A stretch of DNA of 39,979 nt from an uncultured Pseudomonadales bacterium (GTDB lineage: Bacteria; Patescibacteriota; Microgenomatia; UBA1400; PJMF01), in assembly GCA_964423285.1 (NCBI GenBank), contig CAYREI010000005.1, forward strand, positions 1 through 39,979, given 5' to 3'. Position numbers and translations under genes: made by a program. Shown piece after piece: positions 1-4,893 of this stretch (the first letter of the stretch is position 1; every line of letters starts with the position of its first letter). The notes beneath the pieces were generated by a model, which did no database searches, had not been told where the DNA came from, and worked only from the letters and a program-made list of their open reading frames with translations.

Positions 1-2
1 TT

Positions 3-275
3 CTTAAAGCTATTGGAGCTAAAGATAAAGATATTTTAAGTCAATTTCTTATAGAATCACTTGTTCTCACTATTTTAGGGGGGGTAATTGGAATATTGCT
101 TGGCATGGGAGCAGCATTCATAGCATCTTCATTTATGAGTATTCCATTTATTATTAAGCTGTCTTCAATCTTAATATCCTTTATAGTTTCAGCTAGTATA
201 GGTATACTTTTTGGCTATTATCCAGCTAAAAAGGCTGCTAAGTTAAATCCCATTGATGCGTTAAGGTACGAGTAA
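3..275 (+). CDS. ABC transporter permease, FtsX/MacB family, C-terminal fragment (5' end outside window)
   Basis: Frame 3 is open from the window edge to TAA 273-275. My translation, ...LKAIGAKDKDILSQFLIESLVLTILGGVIGILLGMGAAF...GILFGYYPAKKAAKLNPIDALRYE, gives the typical last TM helices and YPAxKAAxLxPIxALRYE tail of FtsX-domain permeases. It is absent from the ORF track because there is no in-window start. Confidence 0.8.
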   Translation, partial: LKAIGAKDKDILSQFLIESLVLTILGGVIGILLGMGAAFIASSFMSIPFIIKLSSILISFIVSASIGILFGYYPAKKAAKLNPIDALRYE

Positions 276-314
276 ATTTAAATATTTATTTAGAAAACCT
301 CTTTACTAAAAAAG

Positions 315-415
315 AAATAGGTTCCAACACCGTCCACTAGTCCCTGCAAATAGATCAAAATATATCTTTTATTATCAAATAATATTTTTTAGATTGGGTA
401 TAATATCTTTTATAT
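315..415 (+). repeat. Cassette repeat copy R1 (core 315-348, then a divergent AT-rich module with TATAAT 399-404)
   Basis: AAATAGGTTCCAACACCGTCCACTAGTCCCTGCA matches copy R3 at 33 of 34 positions. Homology is lost after CTGCA. TATAAT lies 11 nt before ATG 416. Confidence 0.85.
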
Positions 416-943
416 ATGGGAAAAATATATTTTGTTCGTCATGGAGAGAGCGAGGCAAATGTAAGGCGTACATTTGCAGGTCAGAGAAATAATTCACCAT
501 TAACTGAATTAGGTCGGCAACAAGCTGAACAAGCTGCGTTAGACTTGTTGAATCATAATTTTGAAATTGATCGAATCATTACCTCGCCACTAGCAAGATC
601 CCGCGAAACTGCCGAGATAATTGCTAAACAAGCAAAATTGAGCGTTAGGGTAGAAATCGACGAGAGAATAGCAGAGTACGACATGGGAGAGCTAACGGGA
701 ACTGCTTATCACAAGATCACTTCTGAGGAGTTAGCTGCTTCTGTGGGAGCAGAGAATCCGCATGTATTTCAAGATCGCGTGCATAATTTGCTAAATGAAC
801 TAGCGCAAAAAGAAGATAATGTATTGATAGTCAGTCATGCTGGCGTGGGTAGAATAATTGAAGTAACAAAGAAAAACCTAGACCCCAACAGTTTTTATGA
901 TCTCGCTCCATTACCAAATGCAAAAATTATTGTGATTAAGTGA
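416..943 (+). CDS. Histidine phosphatase family protein (phosphoglycerate-mutase-like)
   Basis: N-terminal YFVRHGESEAN (RHG catalytic motif), a later SHAGVGR second-His motif, and 175 aa typical of the family. It sits inside the first repeat-bounded cassette. Confidence 0.85.
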   Translation: MGKIYFVRHGESEANVRRTFAGQRNNSPLTELGRQQAEQAALDLLNHNFEIDRIITSPLARSRETAEIIAKQAKLSVRVEIDERIAEYDMGELTGTAYHKITSEELAASVGAENPHVFQDRVHNLLNELAQKEDNVLIVSHAGVGRIIEVTKKNLDPNSFYDLAPLPNAKIIVIK

Positions 944-957
944 GTTAAACTTTGAGC

Positions 958-1016
958 AATAGGTTTCAACATCGTCTACGCACCTCTGCAGCGATATATT
1001 TTGATATAATGAAATT
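958..1016 (+). repeat. Cassette repeat copy R2 (short form)
   Basis: AATAGGTTTCAACATCGTCTACGCACCTCTGCAGCGATATATTTTGATATAAT. The core is recognisable with ACTAGT replaced by ACGCAC. It ends in an extended -10, TGATATAAT (1002-1010), 6 nt before GTG 1017. Confidence 0.8.
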
Positions 1017-1382
1017 GTGTTTAGACTTAATTCTGAATGGTATTTACCCAAACTAGCCCCTGACATTGCCGTTGATAAAAATGGTGAGATATTTGAGTTA
1101 TTGCGCAATCTCCAAATCTTCGCTTATTTTATGGTTAGGTATGCATCCAGTCATATTCCTAAAGATCATAAATCACACGACTCATATACGGGTAAAGACC
1201 TAATTAATCCAAAGACTAATAAACATTTTACAATTGATTACTTAGTTAATAATAAAACTTTAGTGTTAAGTCCTGAGAATTTAGATAAATTAAAAAATGG
1301 GTCTACAGCTGGAATAGAAGGCAGAGAATACATTGTTGCTTTAGTTACAATTGCTTTATATAAAGAATTGTATTTAAACTGA
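1017..1382 (+). CDS. Hypothetical protein (121 aa), cassette 2
   Basis: ORF with a GTG start 6 nt after an extended -10, which looks leaderless. No domain recognised. The stop TGA abuts the next repeat copy. Confidence 0.5.
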   Translation: MFRLNSEWYLPKLAPDIAVDKNGEIFELLRNLQIFAYFMVRYASSHIPKDHKSHDSYTGKDLINPKTNKHFTIDYLVNNKTLVLSPENLDKLKNGSTAGIEGREYIVALVTIALYKELYLN

Positions 1383-1466
1383 AATAGGTTCCAACATCGT
1401 CCACTAGTCCCTGCAGCGATATAGTTTGATATATATTGATAAAACTCAATTAAATTTGTAGAATGT
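1382..1466 (+). repeat. Cassette repeat copy R3 (full core plus promoter)
   Basis: AAATAGGTTCCAACATCGTCCACTAGTCCCTGCAGCGATATAGTTTGATATATATTGATA, followed by TTGATA (1436-1441), a 17-nt spacer and TAGAAT (1459-1464). Confidence 0.9.
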
Positions 1467-2066
1467 ATGAGTTATAAATTTTCTAAAGTTAGAAATGAAT
1501 TTATGTCAGGTATAAAAGTTGGACATGAGGCAGGTCAAATTCCTCCAGAAGATGCCTGGACCTTACGGAAACTAGGTGTTGTTCCTGACAGCAATGGAGA
1601 TTATAAAGAATTTTTGTTACGAATTTATTTTTGGAAACAACAATATTTACATGACTTAGCACAGAATGATAGTGATATTAGTCAGTCAGAAATTGATAAT
1701 TTGCTGCTAACGCTATATAGATTGCCAGAATTAGCTTCAGTATTCATTCAATCAATGAATAATCAAGAAAAAATTCCATTTTATAGAAATGGACAAGATC
1801 CTAGAATTTTCAATGGAATATATTTCGGAAGAGGGGATGGGGATCATGAACTAACTTTGTCTACTCGTGCCTTTAATGCACTTTTGAGAGGCAAGCTCGT
1901 GGTAGAAGTGAATGGTTTTATGCATGCCGAAGATTTAGCAAAACTATCTCTAATAGAATTAGAGTCTGCTAGAACTATCGGTCCAAAAACAATTGAAGTG
2001 TTAGAGTCTTTTTTATCAGACTTACAGAATAAACTTGGATTAGATGTAAATGAGTTAGATAAATAG
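1467..2066 (+). CDS. RNA polymerase alpha-subunit C-terminal-domain-like (helix-hairpin-helix) protein, cassette 3
   Basis: The C-terminal LTLSTRAFNALLRGKL...AEDLAKLSLIELESARTIGPKTIEVLESFLSDLQNKLGL follows the RpoA alpha-CTD pattern (LSxRxxNxL...DL...EL...GxKxxxEi...L..GL). The start is uncertain: ATG 1467 lies only 2 nt after the predicted -10, and the next in-frame ATG is 1503. The stop TAG (2064-2066) is part of repeat R4. Confidence 0.6.
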   Translation: MSYKFSKVRNEFMSGIKVGHEAGQIPPEDAWTLRKLGVVPDSNGDYKEFLLRIYFWKQQYLHDLAQNDSDISQSEIDNLLLTLYRLPELASVFIQSMNNQEKIPFYRNGQDPRIFNGIYFGRGDGDHELTLSTRAFNALLRGKLVVEVNGFMHAEDLAKLSLIELESARTIGPKTIEVLESFLSDLQNKLGLDVNELDK

Positions 2067-2184
2067 GTTCGAACATCGTCCACTAGTCCCTGCAGTGATA
2101 TAGTTTGATATATATTGATACTTTTTCAACTAAGTTTGGTATAATATTTAATTATTAACTCTATCTGAAGTTGGAGAAAGTTGT
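2061..2184 (+). repeat. Cassette repeat copy R4 (core plus promoter plus 5'UTR)
   Basis: 58 of 60 positions identical to R3 over the core, by hand count. Homology with R7 continues through the promoter, 5'UTR and SD. Confidence 0.9.
2115..2145 (+). promoter_or_regulatory. Sigma70-like promoter inside R4
   Basis: TTGATA (2115-2120), a 19-nt spacer ending in TGG, then TATAAT (2140-2145), forming an extended -10 TGgTATAAT. SD GGAG (2173-2176) lies 8 nt before ATG 2185. Confidence 0.55.
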
Positions 2185-2475
2185 ATGAGTAAAAAAGAGA
2201 CACTTAAATTAAATCCAAATCCAAATCAATACACTCCTGAAGAAGAAGCTTATTTGAGAAGAATGGCAAAAATACTTCCGCCACGCTATGGAATAGGTAA
2301 AGATAAGAGTAATAATAACATCGTGCTTTTTTATTTGAGTGAGATTGTAAAAACATATCCCGAGAATGTTACCGAAGAAGAGATTCTTGAATACATACAG
2401 GAACATCAAGCAAAACTGATAGAATCAGGTGATGACTTCATGTATGGTGAGAGTACTCCACCCCCAGGCTATTAA
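2185..2475 (+). CDS. Hypothetical protein (96 aa), cassette 4
   Basis: ORF preceded by the repeat-borne promoter and a GGAG SD. No domain recognised. Confidence 0.6.
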   Translation: MSKKETLKLNPNPNQYTPEEEAYLRRMAKILPPRYGIGKDKSNNNIVLFYLSEIVKTYPENVTEEEILEYIQEHQAKLIESGDDFMYGESTPPPGY

Positions 2476-2518
2476 CGCCTTTAAACAGTATTTGTCAGGT
2501 TATCGCATCCCACAATCC

Positions 2519-2544
2519 AGGTTCCAACACCGTCCACTAGTCCA
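2519..2544 (+). repeat. Cassette repeat copy R5 (truncated: left core only)
   Basis: AGGTTCCAACACCGTCCACTAGTCC is identical to the R1 core variant (ACACCG). Homology stops after ACTAGTCC, and there is no GATATA or promoter module. Confidence 0.8.
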
Positions 2545-2648
2545 CTCGTGCCATATTTCAAATAAATAAAAAAGTTTCAAATCAGTCACTATTTTAAAAT
2601 GATCCTTACTCATCATTTAAATTTAAGTCTAGAAGATTGGTCAAACTA

Positions 2649-2819
2649 TTATTTTAGCTTATCTTTTTTCCTGATTTTTTGAATTATTTTTCTATTTTTT
2701 GGTAAAATCAACATCTTTTCTAGTTTTCCCAGTAATATTATGCAGATAGTCTTATTATCATAGACCCCATCATCTCCTTCATCTTCTGGCGGTTTTGAAT
2801 GTTTAATTTCATTGTTCAT
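2649..2819 (-). CDS. Hypothetical small protein (56 aa), the only reverse-oriented ORF in the array
   Basis: Own translation: MNNEIKHSKPPEDEGDDGVYDNKTICIILLGKLEKMLILPKNRKIIQKIRKKDKLK, then TAA. It falls below the 60-aa cutoff of the ORF track. The minus strand has TGTATAAT about 10 nt upstream of the ATG. No SD was seen. Confidence 0.35.
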   Translation of the reverse strand: MNNEIKHSKPPEDEGDDGVYDNKTICIILLGKLEKMLILPKNRKIIQKIRKKDKLK

Positions 2820-2847
2820 TTAATTGTATTATACAAAATAAGTGGAG

Positions 2848-2957
2848 TAGGTTCTAACTACCACCCATTAATCCTTGTAATGATATAGTTTGATATATAT
2901 TGATAGAATTCTGTTATAATATAATACATCTTTTACAAATTAAAAAATTGGAGATTT
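2848..2957 (+). repeat. Cassette repeat copy R6 (decayed core, intact GATATA/promoter module)
   Basis: TAGGTTCTAAC, then a diverged middle, then GATATAGTTTGATATATATTGATA identical to R3, R4 and R7. TATAAT motifs lie at about 2915-2925, and SD GGAG precedes ATG 2958. Confidence 0.85.
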
Positions 2958-3200
2958 ATGACAAATAAAGAAGTATATAAATTAGCAGAGGACCCAAATT
3001 ATCAAGCTTTTGAAAAGATGGAAAAAAGTGGTAAATTTGATGGTTACAAACCAGGTACTTGGATTGCAATTTTAAATGGGCTTGTATTTGCCTCAAATAT
3101 TGATAAAAATAAGTTGTCCAAAATAATATCTAGAGAGACAGATGAGACAGATGAGTCTTGTTTTATTGAACAAGTTAACATTGAGAAAAAAGATATATAA
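2958..3200 (+). CDS. Hypothetical protein (80 aa), cassette 6 first ORF
   Basis: ORF with SD (TTGGAGATTT ATG) behind the repeat promoter. No confident domain call. Confidence 0.55.
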   Translation: MTNKEVYKLAEDPNYQAFEKMEKSGKFDGYKPGTWIAILNGLVFASNIDKNKLSKIISRETDETDESCFIEQVNIEKKDI

Positions 3201-3249
3201 ATGGACTGAGCTTATTTGGGAATGGATAGCGTGAGCTAAATAAATTAAT

Positions 3250-3537
3250 TTGAAAGAACCTATGTTTGAAGAAAACGAATACCCTGTTAAAAAAGAAAGA
3301 GTAGTGAGGAGACCTCTCAATGAAGGGGAAATAGAAGCAGAGATTGAGCGTCTTTCTAATGGGGTATTTAAGTCTATATCAGATGGTCCATGGGTTGAGT
3401 CTGTAGATGAGGACAGAGAAGTAACTACCTTTTCTTACCGAGGAATTAATTTGCCTGGATATACTTTTGAACTTTCATGGAAAGAAGTCCAAGGTTCTTC
3501 TTTAGAAAAGAATGAGGAAATGTCTCCATTACCATAA
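3250..3537 (+). CDS. Hypothetical protein (95 aa), cassette 6 second ORF
   Basis: ORF with a TTG start at 3250 and an alternative ATG at 3262. It has no repeat copy upstream. The last codons (SPLP, stop) lie in sequence shared with the end of ORF 3670-3864. Confidence 0.5.
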   Translation: MKEPMFEENEYPVKKERVVRRPLNEGEIEAEIERLSNGVFKSISDGPWVESVDEDREVTTFSYRGINLPGYTFELSWKEVQGSSLEKNEEMSPLP

Positions 3538-3547
3538 TAAAAAACGA

Positions 3548-3669
3548 AAATAGGTTCTAACATCGTCCACTAGTCCCTGTAGCGATATAGTTTGATATAT
3601 ATTGACACTTTTATTGTCTAGTTTGGTAGAATATATTAATTACTAATTCTATTTAGAATTGGAGGAAGA
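3548..3669 (+). repeat. Cassette repeat copy R7 (core plus promoter plus 5'UTR)
   Basis: 57 of 60 positions identical to R3 over the core, by hand count. Upstream homology with R8 extends back to 3524 (CTCCATTACCATAATAA). Confidence 0.9.
3602..3632 (+). promoter_or_regulatory. Sigma70-like promoter inside R7
   Basis: TTGACA (3602-3607), a 19-nt spacer ending in TGG, then TAGAAT (3627-3632). SD GGAGG lies just before ATG 3670. Confidence 0.55.
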
Positions 3670-3864
3670 ATGAGTTTTAAATCCCCAGAGGGTTATAAAA
3701 GCGATAAAAGTATTGAAGAGACGGGAGGTCCTTTCTTTTGGAAAGGAAAAATTATTAAGTTTTTAAAAAATTGTGGTGTTGATGAAAAAGTTATTGTAGC
3801 TATTTTATGCCCAAAAGAAGATTCAAAAGAGAAAAAAGATGGACCTTGTCCACCATTACCATAA
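3670..3864 (+). CDS. Hypothetical protein (64 aa), cassette 7
   Basis: ORF with a strong SD behind the R7 promoter. It ends PPLP, stop, within sequence shared with ORF 3250-3537. Confidence 0.55.
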   Translation: MSFKSPEGYKSDKSIEETGGPFFWKGKIIKFLKNCGVDEKVIVAILCPKEDSKEKKDGPCPPLP

Positions 3865-3873
3865 TAAGAAGCG

Positions 3874-3989
3874 AAAATAGGTTTCAACACCATTCGCTTA
3901 TTTTATTTGATATAAGTTTTAAATTTTCTGGTATACTTCTTTTTTCGTTTATTTATTAAATTTAAACATTTTTTATTAAAGGAGTTGAT
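3874..3989 (+). repeat. Cassette repeat copy R8 (degenerate)
   Basis: AAAATAGGTTTCAACACC, then a shortened middle, then TTTGATATAAG and TGGTATACT (extended -10-like). SD AGGAG precedes GTG 3990. Confidence 0.65.
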
Positions 3990-4229
3990 GTGTCAGGAAA
4001 AGAATCTGAAGCTAATCCATTTCAAGTCAACAATGTAGAGATAGCTGAGGGTAGGGAAGCTAATTGTGCGATATTGAGTTTTTTTCAACTTTTATTAAAA
4101 TCGGAGAATGAAAGCAACTTAATGAAAATTGTTTGGAATAATCATTTTGTTTTAAAAGAAAATGGCACTAAAGACAAAACTGTGCTCGATTTCCAAGGTA
4201 ATACTGTCGCAACCATTCACATTCTGTAG
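3990..4229 (+). CDS. Hypothetical protein (79 aa), cassette 8
   Basis: ORF with a GTG start and AAGGAG SD 6 nt upstream. No domain recognised. Confidence 0.5.
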   Translation: MSGKESEANPFQVNNVEIAEGREANCAILSFFQLLLKSENESNLMKIVWNNHFVLKENGTKDKTVLDFQGNTVATIHIL

Positions 4230-4301
4230 TTTTCAATTTCCAATGATTGGTTAAATTTAACGATGATAAATAGGAAGAAGAATAGATTTAGACCCTCTTC
4301 A

Positions 4302-4799
4302 CTATTGAATTTGTTTTAAACCCTCTTTTATACCAAGCTGTAGCAACTCTTTAAAAATCATGGGGTCTAGGGTGTAAACAATCACAAACGAGGTGACAAA
4401 AATGATGATCGCTAGCCATTTCGTATAGCGCCCACGAGTATTAGTAAAAAGAATTAAACTTAGAGCTGCCATAACGGCGGGGCCAACCACTTTAATATCT
4501 CCCAAAGGTATTGCGTAACCACCGATTGTTTCTTTAGATGTGTCTAAAAATTTTGCTAGGTCAAAACTTATGTTAGCAACAATTAAAAAAATCTCAGCGA
4601 TTAAAACAGCTAGTAGCCCCCAAGATGCCCACTTAGTTGATCTTCCTTCGGTTCGATATACTTCATAGATAACAGTTGGAAATAAGAAAATGATAGTGAT
4701 TAAAGGATTTGATTGAAGAATGCCAAAGACAATTCCTAAAAAAGCGACAATGGTTAAAACTGTACAGATTGCGGTAGCGTTTTGGTAAGGTTTAGCCAT
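4302..4799 (-). CDS. Integral membrane protein (165 aa, about 5 TM helices)
   Basis: Hydrophobic segments run throughout. The minus strand has an extended -10, TGCTACAAT (4818-4810), 10 nt upstream of the ATG. It lies downstream of the HK/RR pair on the same strand. Confidence 0.7.
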   Translation of the reverse strand: MAKPYQNATAICTVLTIVAFLGIVFGILQSNPLITIIFLFPTVIYEVYRTEGRSTKWASWGLLAVLIAEIFLIVANISFDLAKFLDTSKETIGGYAIPLGDIKVVGPAVMAALSLILFTNTRGRYTKWLAIIIFVTSFVIVYTLDPMIFKELLQLGIKEGLKQIQ

Positions 4800-4893
4800 T
4801 TATTTTTTCATTGTAGCATTAATAATGGTGATATGAGACGAAATAATAAGTAGAATGCTTGGTTGAAGGGCGCGCAGGGGCGAACTAATTTAG

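Noticed and set aside
349-380. Invertible promoter. In R1, the AT-rich module after CCCTGCA reads like the reverse complement of the GATATA module: the reverse complement of 351-368 is GATATATTTTGATCTATT.
   Set aside because: GATATA/TATATC is quasi-palindromic and low-complexity, the match is not a clean in-place inversion of the R3 module, and no flanking inverted repeats or invertase are visible. It could be chance.
1389-1430. Classical integron attC sites or a CALIN. On the top strand, TTCCAAC resembles the RYYYAAC inverse core and GTTTGAT resembles the GTTRRRY core.
   Set aside because: The candidate R''/R' boxes are only about 28 nt apart, shorter than known attC sites. The predicted hairpin is weak, with 4-5 bp arms. 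Most cassettes carry their own promoters, which is atypical for integrons. Homology breakpoints differ between copies, and no intI gene is in the window. I kept this as something to test with HattCI or IntegronFinder rather than as a call.
2064-2090. tRNA 3' fragment or att site. GGTTCGAAC in R4 looks like a T-loop.
   Set aside because: The flanking bases cannot form a T-stem or acceptor stem, and the other copies have a pyrimidine at the position where the T-loop requires a purine. No cloverleaf can be drawn anywhere in the window.
315-4000. Diversity-generating retroelement (template/variable repeat pairs)
   Set aside because: There is no reverse transcriptase in the window. The repeats are non-coding, and the mismatches between copies are not adenine-specific: they are C/T, C/G and G/A changes.
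315-4274. Could the eight repeats be a CRISPR array?
   Set aside because: The repeats are 60 nt or longer, are spaced 330-700 bp apart, and are separated by ORFs with promoters and SDs. CRISPR repeats are 24-48 nt with 25-70 nt spacers. No cas genes are present.
4865-4885. An isolated GC-rich 21-mer (GAAGGGCGCGCAGGGGCGAAC) just downstream of the histidine-kinase stop, which looked like a terminator stem
   Set aside because: I could not find a complementary arm on either side. Only a 3-bp CGC/GCG pairing is possible, and there is no U-tract. It remains unexplained but unsupported.
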